Assembly: GCF_006345805.1 (NCBI RefSeq)
Contig: NC_043004.1
Span: 57,722,001-57,786,000, forward strand
Direction: 5' to 3'
DNA from: Octopus sinensis
Lineage: Eukaryota
DNA: 64,000 nt
In this document: piece by piece, positions 37,836 through 51,160 of the stretch
Layout: each line of letters starts with the position of its first letter
Numbering within the stretch: the first letter of the stretch is position 1
Program-made: the position numbers and the translations under genes
Notes under the pieces: model-generated
Told to the model about the DNA's origin: nothing
The model's database searches: none
The model's input: only the letters and a program-made list of their open reading frames with translations

Positions 37836-39217
37836 AACAGATTGAACATTTCTGAATTTTTCCTCAGACTGTTCCTTTCTTCTGAAGATGGACTTTGCGC
37901 CTGAAATTCAAAGGCTTTATTAAACTTCCACGTAGTCAGAAGCTTTCTATTTTCTCTCTATTTGCTTTCATCGATATTACAATGCTCCAAGCGAACTACA
38001 ACGCTCTTATAGACTGAAAATTATTGAAGTCGGGGATCTAAGACTAATTCTTAGTACATTTCAGCGTGATGTCGAGAAGCTGATATTCTTGCACAATGTA
38101 TATCCATCGCACTAAAAGTACGTAAACAACATGGTTTCTGGTGAGTTGTAAATGTGCGCTTTCATATTGTAAAAACATCAAAATAATGAGTTAATTACGT
38201 TTGATTCTAATTTGTGAAATACAGTTACTTTAAATTTTCGGTAGAATGAAGTCTACGTTAGTGGTGATGTGTCGGGGAGGGAGCGATAGGAATATGAGCT
38301 ATTTTACAAGGAGGCAGCTATCCGAAATAATTTCGGAATAACATAGAATCTATGTATTCTTCCGTTTTTATGATGACAGCGTATCATGCCGAGTGAATAA
38401 CAAATACGTTTGCTTTTAGGAAATTTCGATGCCAAAATGGACAAATTAAACAATCGAAACACGAAACTAAATACTTTATAAACGTTTCAAGGATAATATT
38501 TCAATTGTTCACAGATTTGGTCTTAGACTGAATCCCAACGGAATAAATCTATTTATCATTACAAAACAGATCGACATATTTTTTAAAATATATATTTTGA
38601 TAAATCTACTCTTCATAATACAATCACTTGGAGATGCTATCAAATATTTTTGCAAACTAAATTCCGTGAGGAATATAATAATACAAATTTGCTCTCACAG
38701 ATATGGATAATGTTTTGACACTTGTGTGCCATGAGCGATAAGGTTTTTGTTTTTTGTTTATGAATATGAAACAAGAATTATTAACAGTCCTTGGAACATT
38801 GGAGGAATTGAGAAATTAAGAGGTTCAGTAAATCATTTTACTTGACAATTTTAGTTGCGGTAAGTTGTACTATGAGATAGGGCTGCAGGGAGAAACTGTG
38901 TGCTGCATCGATTATTTAGAAGGAGGGAGTTGTTTGGAAAATTGAAGCAAACTTGCTATTTTTACATTATCTACCTGTCTCTCTGTGCCTGCATCTCTGC
39001 TCATCTGTATGTATGTATGTATGTATGTATAAATATAAATATATACACATATATGTGTGCATGAAGATTTCTTCTTCTTCTTATTATTATTTTTCCTTCT
39101 TTCTTCACATTTTGCGTACACCTAGGGCAGAGAAGCTCATTGTATGCATTCCCAGATTACACATGCAAATTCACAGGTATTATTATTATTTTTATTATTA
39201 TTATTATTATTATTATT

Positions 39218-39272
<55 letters not shown>

Positions 39273-39330
39273 GCGTTATTATTATTATTATTATTATTAT
39301 CCTGACCTCACCTGTTTTAATTCTTATTTT

Positions 39331-39748
39331 GTGAGAGAGCAGCGCATATCAAAGTGAAACTGGGGTACAAGTATAGCCATCATAACTATCCGTCTGATAA
39401 GAGTGAACTAGGCTCGTGCATCACAACCATACATACGCGACATGGTGATGTTATTGAAAGATTAACAGCACAAACTTGCAGGTGGGGCCCAGTTAGAATT
39501 TTCTTCGGGTCGAGTAGCCCATCCCGCTCAAAAGATAACTTAATAAGAGTTTTTTTATGGCTGTTGAACGAAACACCCATGTTTACAGAGGTCATTTATT
39601 CAAACCCCAAAGAATCCCTCTCAACACATGGCTATGATGCTACCCTACTACTTCTGCTCGTGACCAGAGATGCTCATATCGTCAGCCACTAAGGGACATG
39701 CTCAACTGGTTAAGGTCAAACAACTGACAAGCAAATCTGGTATTGAGC
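39331..39748 (-). mobile_element. Second copy of the (TAA)n-associated repeat
   Basis: Homologous to 12795-13230; (ATT)n tracts nearby on both sides. Confidence 0.65.
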
Positions 39749-39774
39749 TATTATCATCATTATTATTATTATTA

Positions 39775-39990
39775 CGGCGTCGAGCTGGCAGTATCGTTAG
39801 CACGTTGAGCGAAATGCCTTGCGGAATCTCGCTCGTCGCTACGTACCGAGTTCAAATTCCGCCGAGGTCGATTTTGCCTCTCATCCTTTCGGGGTTGATA
39901 AATTAAGTACCAGTGAAACACTGGTATCGATGTCATTGACTATTCCCCCTCCCCCAAATTTCAGGCCTTGTGTCTATAGTAGAAAGAATT
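39775..39990 (+). mobile_element. SINE family 2, alternative tail ending in (ATT)n
   Basis: Head and core as 53039, then CCCCCAAATTTCAGGCCTTGTGTCTATAGTAGAAAG. Confidence 0.85.
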
Positions 39991-40006
39991 ATATTATTAT
40001 TATTAA

Positions 40007-40063
<57 letters not shown>

Positions 40064-40400
40064 CATCATTATTTAAATAAACTTGGTACAACGAAGCAAG
40101 AAAACTTATAAGCTCTCCAAACCTCTTCTACTGGTATCGGTCAATGAATATTATCATATAATAGGACTCCTCCTTCGTGAAAATTCGTAGATATCCGTAA
40201 AGTTTATAGAAGAAGAATACTAAGAGAATATGGATTGAACATGCGGACAGCTGCTGGTGATGTCTTGAAACAATTATAATGGTATATAATGGATCACTTC
40301 CAATCCTTCTTCTCTTATTAAGAATTTGATATATGCAAGTGTGTTTGCGTGTATGTCTGCATGTATGTATGTGCAGCCATATATATATATATAATATATA

Positions 40401-40445
<45 letters not shown>

Positions 40446-40532
40446 ATATAATAAAATATTAGGGAATAAATCCAAACTTACAGGGAAAAATCAGATTTAG
40501 GATTGAATCCAATTTTATAGTAAAATATTATG

Positions 40533-40735
40533 TTATATTAAAATAGAGATAAAACCACTATTAGGCAAATCATACAATGAAAAACTTAAGCCAATACATA
40601 AAATTAATTAATTTATGTTATTTTAAATATATCAAAATTATTAAAAAAAGATAATAATTTTAATAATTTTGATATATTTAAAAATTAATTATGTATTGCC
40701 TTAAGTTTTTCATTGTATGATTTATCTCTAATTTA

Positions 40736-40739
<4 letters not shown>
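40533..40739. repeat. AT-rich fold-back inverted repeat within an element lying between (TA)n tracts
   Basis: AAATCATACAATGAAAAACTTAAG...TTTTAAATATATCAAAATTATTAAAA is followed by its reverse complement. Confidence 0.85.
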
Positions 40740-40827
<88 letters not shown>

Positions 40828-41261
40828 TGTGCGTGTGAATGTGCGTGTGTATATGTATACTCACTTTTTCTATAAACTCTCTCTCTCTCTCTGTCTCGCT
40901 CTTTCCTACACACACATACAAACATATAGACATATACTCTGATTGTAGTTAACAACCGAGGAAGAAATCAATGCATGGAATTGATTCTAATTAAATCGTT
41001 TAGGCTGAGGCTGGTTGCCGTCACTCCAAGTTTCACAATAATTCGATCAATCAGACTACGACATGTTCTCCAATTAAACACGTCTCTTCATTTGAGATAG
41101 TTTTGGGGAACTCAATATTACCATGTGTATAATAGGACTATGTGTATAAAAATATGTTTCTTAACGACACAGTTTTGGAAATCATTTCTGGACAACTGAT
41201 AAGATAAGATAATCGTCTAAATTGACATTTTGATTTTTTATGCAAATAAATTTATAGTTTA

Positions 41262-41575
41262 TTTCTTTCACTTGTTTCAGTCATTTGACGGCAGCCATGC
41301 TGGAGCACCGCCTTTAGTGGAACAAATCGATCCCATGACTTAGTCTGTCAGGCTCTCATACCGAACCCTAAGTTACAGGGACATAAATACGTCAACATAT
41401 ATATATATATATATGACGGGCTTATTCAGTTTCTGTTTTTTTAATCTACTCAAAAGGCTTTGGTCGGCCCCAGGCTATAGTAGAAGACAGTTGCCCAAGA
41501 TGCCACGCAGTGGGACTGAATCCAAAACTGTGAGGTTGTGAAGTAAGCTTCTTACCACACAACAACTCCTGTACC
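41262..41575 (-). mobile_element. SINE family 1, diverged
   Basis: Match to the family. Confidence 0.8.
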
Positions 41576-41759
41576 TACAGTTTATTTATATTTTATATTT
41601 AACACGTACATACTTGAGCGATGATTCCTAGAAGAAATTTCTGATGCTGTGGGGTTTAAGGAAATGAATATTGAGCAAAGACATAAAATGAAACTTTGAA
41701 AGATTAACAATAGGATAAGCATAAGTAGTTGTTCTCATGTAACATCGCTATTTTACATT

Positions 41760-41981
41760 GTCTACCATTTCTACCATTGGCACAAAGTCTGAAATTTGGT
41801 GACGTGGGGAGGAAATAGTCAATTATATCGACTCCAGTACTCAACTGGTACTCAGTCGATCGACTCCGAAATTGAGGAAACGCAAAGTGAATCTCGTTCG
41901 CATTTGAACTCAAAACGTAAGGACGGACGAATCGTTACTAAGCATTTTGCCAAGTGTGCTAACGAGTCTGCCACCTCGCCG
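41760..41981 (-). mobile_element. SINE family 2, diverged
   Basis: Match to the family. Confidence 0.7.
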
Positions 41982-43824
41982 TCTTTCATTTGTTTATCAT
42001 TAATTATATCAGTTATCGTATATATTCTTATATGAGATATCGATAACGAGCTGTCTTAAAGTGTAAAATGTCACTCACAACATAATCATATAAACATGTA
42101 ACAGAAAGCAATTACCACTCAAGGCACGAAGAAATTATAAACAGGAGTAAATTGTATAGTTTTCATTGTGATAAATTAAAAGAAAATGTTCCCCTGAATG
42201 GTACAATGGATTATCGCAGATGATAATCTCAGCAGATTTGGTACAATTCCGCGTGAGCTACATTAAAGGAAGCAATGTAAGTTGGAGTGTTTTATCAAGA
42301 AACACGCCTATCTCTCAGGAGATAATTTCAAAATCATGGTTAAAACTTAACGTAGTGGATTATACAACAAATTAACTCGGCTCTATATCTATCTGTCTCT
42401 ACATCGTTCTCTCTCATACTTAGTGTCTCTCGCTTTGTTACTGTTTCTTACACACATGCACACACACACACACAACACACACACACGCACACACATCACG
42501 CGTGTGCACCCTCTTATGCATAGGGATAATCTTATTGTGATGGATATATATCAACGAAAATGCAAGCATCAATGGAGGTTTACTTTCACATTCCTAAATC
42601 AACATGGAAGTGTAAATTTGATTCACACGGAATGGATATTTTATTGATATATGCTAAGAAACAAAACGAAATTCGAGAAAAATATTTATTTTGTAAACAT
42701 TTACCATTTAAAATATAAATGATTTTTTTTTTTTTCAGAATTTTCAATGTATTTAATATTCATAAAGTGACGCAGTTTGAAACATAATATCCATCAAAAA
42801 GAAACAAAATCGCATACACATAATGTTTCAGAAAACTGCAATGAAAAGAAATTGTTGTGTTTCTGTTATTGAATTTGTGTATAAAATTAAATTGCAAATT
42901 ATTTGGGATGAAGCTGAATATTTTCACCAGAATAGGATAAGAAAATCATGAGATTAAAAAAGTGTTAAACATTTTAGTCGACAATAACTGTGACAAATTA
43001 ATGCTTTATCGCAAATGTGTTGCTTTTTGGGGGGTTTTCATTTTGGTTCTCCAACATACGCGGCAGAGCCAGTTTTCTTTGAATTTAAATATACAAGTGA
43101 CGGGGCCTACATAGCAGGTTTTCGTAATTAAGCAGCAAATATAGAGAATTTATATATCGATAAGAAACTTAGGATTAATATATGTACAAATGCAAACACA
43201 CAAGCACGCGCACAAAGACACACATGCATATAAAGCAAAAATGTTCTCGGAATAAATTTGCATATGACTCGGTGGGAACCAATAAAGGCAACTCTGTGTA
43301 TAATACAAAGATACACATTAAACATGACGTAGTTTACAGAATTATTTCAAGGGACACGAAAAACAATTACCTCAGTGCAATAAAACTGAGACACTTTGAA
43401 TGAGAAAGAATCAGCTAGCGATTTCGTGCTTGGTTATAGAAAAGAAAGTAAGGTTTTTCTTTTGAATGAGATATAACGTATTCGAAACCAGTCATACAAA
43501 AACACAACACACATCAATACACACACGCGTGCACACGAACCCACATATACACACTCACACAGACACACATACAGAGAAATAAAAATTTCATGTTTATGAT
43601 CAATTTCACTGTTCTCATGTTCTTATTAACCGACCCAGACTGACACAGACATAGCAGAGAGGAATCGAGACTATCAATTACTTATAATGTTAACTATTTC
43701 AAACATCAAAACGACGCAGTTGAATCCGGAGAAAATAATGATGCCATCAGATGGGCAATTAGTAAATACTGGTATAGTTAGTTTGTTGTGTGGAAAATAT
43801 GCACAGATGCATACATACATACTT

Positions 43825-43831
43825 TTATATT

Positions 43832-43874
<43 letters not shown>

Positions 43875-43895
43875 TATATATACATACATACATAC

Positions 43896-43979
<84 letters not shown>

Positions 43980-44169
43980 TATATATGTATATATATAATA
44001 TATATATATATAATATATATATATAATATATATATAAATATTTATATATATATATTCATGTAAATGTATACATATATATGCATATGTACATATATATGTA
44101 TATGTATATATATATGTATATATACAATGTATATCTATATTTAATATATATATATATATTATATATATT
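43825..44169. repeat. Compound (TA)n tract
   Basis: Direct reading. Confidence 0.95.
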
Positions 44170-44745
44170 AAAATGGAGCAAAATCGCAATAGAGGACAAT
44201 AAAACATCCGGAAGAATAGACGATAGAAAGTTTGACAAGAGAATTGGGACAGGCAAAAAAAGACGGGTCATTCGTGGCCGTCTTTCCTCAGTCAAGTACC
44301 AGAAGTTACGACCGTTTTGAGCAGTTACATTTGAGACAGTTCAACCTGGTTGTCCCAAAAAAAGTCGAAGCTAAGAGCATTAGACACCTTTGTAAGAACG
44401 CTAGCGACAAAAACAACAACAAAAAAGCAGAGAACATCGTGCAAAAAAAAACGGAAAACATGGTACATAATTAGGGATACAAGTAACACGAAAATATCTT
44501 GTGTCTTTCGACTGAGAACGAATCCGATTGAGCTGGCGTGTGTGAAGTGAAAGCCTAAAGGTGGGAACATTGGAGATGGGCATAAAAGCTGTTGGCGTTC
44601 GGCAGTGAGTTCAAGAAAGAAAGGTCATGACAGGCTGGATGGACACTGGTCACGTGGAAGAAGGAGATATGGGTAGGAGGCAGCGGGATTGAAAGATTAG
44701 AAAAAAGTCAGAGACAAAGAGAAAAGTACAGGGAAGATAAACGAA
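44170..44745. mobile_element. Unclassified repeat (possibly Penelope-like) beginning at (TA)n
   Basis: Homologous to 33995-34280 and extends further. Confidence 0.6.
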
Positions 44746-44817
44746 TGAAATATGTATGTATGTATGTACGTACATATGTAAATGCGGATAAGTCAAAAAT
44801 TATACGCACTTCTGTTT

Positions 44818-45113
44818 CTGTAAGTGGATTTGGTAGATGGAAACTGAAAGAAGCCCGTCAAATATGTGTATGTGTGACTGTGTGTGTATATGAATATATT
44901 TATATGTGTGTGTGTGTCTTTGTGCCTGTGCTTGTCCCTGCATCACTGCTTGGCTACTGGTGTTTGGGTGATAACCTCCCCGAAAAAACACTCGACGGAA
45001 TAATTACTAGGCTAAAAAATAAGTTTAAGTCGATTTTTTTGACTAAAACCTTTCAAAGCGGTGCTCCAACATGACCGCAGTCAGATGACTGAAACATGTA
45101 AAAAATAAAAGAA
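44818..45113 (+). mobile_element. SINE family 1, 5'-truncated
   Basis: Match to the family. Confidence 0.78.
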
Positions 45114-45150
45114 CAGAATACGTGTAATTTCATAACTTCAATCATAATAT

Positions 45151-45518
45151 ATTTCTTTATTGCCCACAAGGGTTTAAACACAGAGGGGACAAACAAAGGG
45201 ATTAAGTCGATTACTGGTAACTGATGAAAGGCAAAGTCGACCTCGGCGGAATTTGAACTCGGAACATAGCAGCAGACGAAATACCTATTTCTTTACTACT
45301 GACAAGGAGCTAAACACAGAGAAAAAAAACAAGGACAAACAAACGGATTAAGTCGATTATATTGATCCCAGTGCGTAACAGGTCCTTAATTTATCGACCC
45401 CGGAAGGATGAAAGACAAAGTCGATCTCGGCGGAATTTGAACTCAGAGCGTAACGGCAGACGAAATACAGCTACGCATTTCGCCCGGCATGCTAACGTTT
45501 CTGCCAGCTGGCCGCCTT
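45151..45518 (-). mobile_element. SINE family 2 tandem dimer
   Basis: Full monomer followed by a 5'-truncated, internally deleted monomer joined at AAAGAAATAGGTATTTCGTC. Confidence 0.85.
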
Positions 45519-45684
45519 ATCATAATAATGTGCTTCGTCATCACGCATGCGACCGGCATTAACATCATACTTTACATTTTATTATCTCTCGTGCAATATT
45601 GAGGATATCATCATGATAGTGAATACTCTCATCATAACCATCATTCTTCCATTACTATAATCGTTCTTGCCTTTACTTTGATAT

Positions 45685-46222
45685 TGTCACCATCATCATC
45701 AACATCATCATCATCATCACCACCACCACCACCATCACCATTATCTTCATTATCACCGTCGTTGTCGTCATCATCATCATCATGATCACCGTAGTCGTCG
45801 TCATTATCATCGTCATCATCTTCGTCGTCACCGTCATCATCATCATCGTCGTCGTCACCGTCATCATCATCATCATAATCATCGTCATCATCACCGTCAT
45901 CGTCACCACAGTCATCATCACCATCATGTTCCTTAACATCAGTCATCGTAATTCTCCTCTTCCTCCTTCTCGTCCTCGTTATCCTCCTCTATTCCTCGTC
46001 ATTACTGTCATCGCTTTCATTATCATCATTGCCATAATTTTCCTCCTCATCCTCCTCCTCCTCCACTTCACCCTCATCGTCATTCATCATCGACAATATT
46101 ATCAATATTTGCCATTACCATTCATCATGAGTATTTGGGTCACAGTCGTTGTCACAATTTCAAGCATATCATTTTTTAAACTCATCATCACCATCACCAC
46201 CACCACCACCACCACCACCACC
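45685..46222. repeat. Degenerate (TCA/TCG/ACC)n trinucleotide tracts
   Basis: Direct reading. Confidence 0.9.
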
Positions 46223-46518
46223 AAAACCAAGTTACCAACCAACTTCACAAAACTCATTCAGCTATATTTGTCTATTTTCAATTCCTTTAGTTTGTTTTAC
46301 GTTTTACACGGAGTCTCACTTAGCCGCTTGCACGTCCTGATGGAAGTGGCGGGTAAGTCTCTCCCGCAAACCACAACTTGCACAACAGTGATCTTAACTA
46401 CAATATCTCAACAACAAAAACGAAGAATGTTCGAGACTAGCATAGTTTATCATTAATGACTAAGAACTTCTAATCTCTCTATGCCGATCATTTATTGTAC
46501 AGATACGACATTCTTTGC

Positions 46519-46905
46519 GTGGAGGCGCAATGGCCCAGTGGTTAGGCCAGCGGACTCGCGATCGTAGGATCGCGGTTTCGATTCCCAGACCGGGCGTTGT
46601 GAGTGTTTATTGAGCGAAAACACCTAAAGCTCCGAGAGGCTCCGGCAGGGATGGTGGTGATCCCTACTGTACTCTTTCACCGCAACTTTCTCTCACTCTT
46701 ACTTCCTGTTTCTGTTGTACCTGTATTTCAAAAGGCCGGCCTTGTCACTCTCTGGGTCACGCTGAATATCCTCGAGAACTACGTTAAGGGTACACGTGTC
46801 TGTGGAGTGCTCAGCCACTTACACGTTAATTTCACGAGTAGGCTGTTCCGTTGATCGGATCAACCGAAACCCTCGTCGTCGTAACCGACGGAGTGCTTCC
46901 ACTCC
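46519..46905 (+). mobile_element. SINE family 3, tail A, full length
   Basis: 14-bp TSD ACGACATTCTTTGC at 46505-46518 and 46906-46919. Confidence 0.93.
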
Positions 46906-47075
46906 ACGACATTCTTTGCAGCAACGGTTTGTTTGGGATTTTCCATTCAGTTTAACAATATTTTACCGTCCTACAGAAGAGAATTCATCTGGATAACTGG
47001 CAATAAATACCCTCCACGCGTTCATGGTTCTCCCTTCTCCTTCTAAATATTAAACGCATACAATACATACATACA

Positions 47076-47154
<79 letters not shown>

Positions 47155-48050
47155 CTTTCAATCTATCTATCTATTCGTGTGTGTGTGTGTGTACCTATAA
47201 GTATGTATGTTTATTTGTAGCGGGTAATACATGGATTATGTGACAATGCGTGAAGAAAAGGAAACAGAAATGAATATATAAGAAAGAAATGAATTAGAAA
47301 CCAAGAATTATGTATATGCTGTTATACATTGGCCAGTAATTACAATATTTTTTTCGCCGCTGACAGATAATTGAATAGAGTGTTAATTGTCAGTTCTTGA
47401 AACTAATTATGCCAATATTTTGCACTATATGACATCTGAACTATAGCAAGTTGTATTTTTATCTTCACCTTAAGCTAATCAACAATGTTATCACGCTTAA
47501 CATTCGATTGTTACACTTTCTAATAGCTTGGACCAAGAGTAAAACGAAATTCTAAAAAACTGTAACGAGAGGAATGATTCTAAAAGACAAATAAACACAG
47601 TAATATTTAGTGGAAACGTAAACAGGTATATACAAATAATAGAATAAAATAAGAAAGCATTATAATTCTGTCTTTTGTGATTATAGTAATCAGTTTAAGG
47701 AAACTCACATAGGCGAAAAAAATATGCAGAACGATAACGAGATTCTACCTGCTTCATTGACGTGTGAGAATAGAGAAGGTAAGAGAGGGCTGTTACAATT
47801 GCTACTGCTGCTACTATTACTACTACTACTACTGCTGCTGCAGCTGCAGCCTTGCTGCATTTATTTCTACCTCATTTTCTTTATAAGTTAAGGTTGAGAA
47901 ATACATGAAGAATTTCCTTGTTTTTAACAAGACCTACGTTACAACTTTTCGTGAATACATTTGCCAAATTGAACATTTGTTGAACCAGATGTTAGCTTTC
48001 AGAACATTAATGAAAGCTTCAAAAGATATATTGTCTCTTTCAATTACCAG

Positions 48051-48107
48051 AGGGGAACTCAGACCACTGGCAACTAATTGTAATACATCGTCAAAAATCG
48101 CAAACGT
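48051..48107 (+). other. Candidate 57-nt frame-preserving exon
   Basis: Acceptor TTGTCTCTTTCAATTACCAG, donor GTGAGT; phase-1 frame GNSDHWQLIVIHRQKSQT is open; no partner exon found. Confidence 0.3.
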
Positions 48108-48494
48108 GTGAGTAGCATTTTGTGTCAGCGACCTTTGATCAATGGCTGAAAGCCCGTGACCTCTAGGATGTTTCTGAAGCAAATATAAAATCAACCTCAC
48201 AGTTCTCAAAATCATTCTCTTACTGCCTCCGCCTCCACATCATCATCATTATCAATATCATCATCATCATTGTTGTTATTACTGTATTAGCAGACCAAGT
48301 GTATCGGTAAAATGCCTTGTGGTAATTGTTCCGTCTTTTTTACGTTATGAGTTCAAATCCTGTATAAGTCAAATTTGTCAGCCGATCAAATAGTGTTGGA
48401 GATGTAAATGACTTTCCTCACCCCGTAAAATCGTTGGGCTTTTTCCAAAATTTGCGAAGTAATTATTACTTTTGCTATTGTGAACTGAGGTTAA

Positions 48495-48705
48495 GGTTGC
48501 GAGCCAGCAGAATTGTTAGTGCGCCAAACAAAATGCTTAGTGGCATCTCGTCTGCCTTTACGCTCTAAGTGGAAAATTCTTCTGCGGTCGACTTTGCTTT
48601 TCATCTTTTCGATGTCAATCAAATACGTAGAATAGATACCAGTTCAGTACTTGAGAAGCCCCCTTTCCGAAAAACCCAGGTCGTGTGCCTATTACACAAA
48701 GAATT
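48495..48705 (+). mobile_element. SINE family 2, old copy
   Basis: GGTCGACTTTGCTTTTCATCTTTTCGATGTC core. Confidence 0.65.
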
Positions 48706-50559
48706 ATTTTGAACTGAGAGTGAGATCTTGAAAGGGTTTTGATACTTAAACGTCCTTGACACCGTTAATACCCTTAGAATGCAAGTGAATGCCAATAGTT
48801 CCTATATCACAAGCCATAAAGGTCATTCGAATCTGGATAATAAAATCAATATTGGAAACACAATTTCTGATTGAATATATACAGTTTTTCAATTTAATAA
48901 CCTCCATAATTTTCCCATATATCTTAATTAGGATCAATTGTTACAAAAAGTCTAATAAAAAATTCTATAAAAGATAATAAATTCTAATAGAGTTAATCAT
49001 TCTACGACATTTATGAGTGTTCTTTCTACTAAATAAATTACTGTATACCTTGTTAGAATAAAAAGTTCATATTTTATGCTAAAAATCTCAATAATCCATT
49101 TCAGCGATTGCATTTAAAACAATTAGCTAGAAAATCATTAAGGTAATTTTGAATGTATAAAAATGGATATAGTGTAATCTTATTTCTGATGCAGTCTTTT
49201 TGTTAACTTTGGGAGATTATCTTATTGCCATTAAAATACAATGTAATTAAAATATGTACCTATGTTTAAGCAATTAAGTAAATACATACACCTACACATA
49301 CACGCACACATATGTATATATCCATGCGTGTGTGGGTGTGTGTGTGTGTGTGTGTGTGTGGACGTGTAGTGCATTACAGGATAAGTGTAGACCCTAAGGC
49401 TTTAAGCATATGAGACTAATCATAACCGAGAAATCATCGCAAGTCGATCTCTATAGTACTTGATCTGTATTCATAACGCTAATGTTGAAACTACGAGAGG
49501 TCAGTCGGAGTTCTTGTGGTACCTCTTGATACATTCGCTCAGTAAATGAAGTCCAATGACTTCTTCATTTGCTTTAGCTGTTGTAATTTTTTTGCGATGC
49601 GGCATGTTTTCAAACCCTCTGAAAAGAAAACACGACGGCTGTTTACCAATTTACCCGACGGCGATTCTACCATGCAATAGAGTACTGAGTTACCTATATG
49701 AATATACCATAAAACTGCTTAGATATTTCACCCGTAGTTCGTAGTATCATCTTATTGTGTAGCTGTTTTCAACAGCTACATATAAGAATAGGCTGTCATT
49801 ACATTATGCACTGACAAAAAATAGGCATCATTGTTAAGTGCAACCGGTTGCGTCACCGTCTCTCTGCTATCGAATAATCCTCTCAACCTTTTAAAACCTC
49901 AAATCGAGTGTTAAGGAAGCTTTGAGTAGCAAGCCTTGTAAGGGCTCTACACACACCTTTTTGTTCACATCAAACAATTTCCTTTGAATTGCAATTGATT
50001 AACAACCCATCCTTTATAGCCGAATAAAGTATCATGAAGATTGGCGAAGATTTGATTTGAACTACATGTACAAAGATTAGCGATGAACATGCGAAAATCA
50101 TTTTTATGATAAAGGCAACATCCGATTACGACAGATTTATTTTGACTAAAGATTCCTATTTATAGAAATTGTTGCTTCTCACGTGCTGTAACATCATGTT
50201 GAAGAAATATGTTAAGGATCAGAGAAGAACTTATTTCATAAAGGTATTCATTTTTGGATAGCAAAATTCGTTCATGAACACAAGCAGTTGCTTTAATCAC
50301 AGGAATATGGAAGCTGAATATCAGGAGTCTTGAACATCGAAATATTTTTGTTGCTCAACAACAGGCAATATTCAAAGTTGATATCGTTATATTTGCTGAC
50401 ACTAATTAAGCAAAGTCAAGTAAGAAAACAAAATGGTGTCTTCGATACATTTTCTTCGGGAAGAAAATTACAAAAAGATAGATGTACCCACGGAGAAGGA
50501 GTCACTGTAAAACTCTTGAGGTCTGTCGTTGTCAACGAAAGGAACATATCATTATGAAT

Positions 50560-51160
50560 AACTTAAAGGAATTAGTTACCTGTCTGTATTCAGTGTATTC
50601 AGTTCATCTACACCAACGATCAAGCTTCTTCAACCCCATTTTGCATGTTTTCTTACCAAGTTGTAACTTTTTCCACGTGAATATCAATCCCTAACTGGGT
50701 ACAATAAAGACACAATGTGCGATTAATCTGCCCATCATTTTCAAACACATACATCTATAAACTTGATCAGTGAGTTTCAATATACCGAGAGGAGAGCAAT
50801 TGTGGCCCATCTTTAACTTAACCCAATCTAGAAAATAAGACCATTGGAATTTTTCTATTTCTTTTTGCGCTGATATCATTCTGGTGTTATTGTCAACATA
50901 TCAAATACAAACGATTTTATCTGACTTTTCGTATCTAACGAGTACTACAAATGTACAAAACTGGAAACAAGACTGCAGGCATCTTTCCGCTGATGGCAAT
51001 CGCATTTTACATTTTCCGTCAGCATACTGCTAAGAACAAACAAAAAAAATAATAATAAACATAAGTGTTCCAGAACATTTTCTGGACATTCTTTGTAGGT
51101 TAGATGACGATTCTTTGACCAATAATTTATCTCAAACTTCGGAAGATACAATCAAGATAA
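50560..51160 (-). mobile_element. Possible very decayed piggyBac-like transposase remnant
   Basis: Scattered motifs in the expected order on the minus strand: NYWSKN, MSRK, KRNRKIP, GVDEL; frames are broken. Confidence 0.3.

Noticed and set aside
42721-42740. Strong-looking acceptor T14-CAG
   Set aside because: No open frame or donor follows; poly-T runs are common in this window
47934-48215. 93-aa minus-strand ORF (SPLVIERDNISFEA looked GAIN-domain-like)
   Set aside because: No good donor site and only a superficial resemblance; the + strand micro-exon has better splice signals
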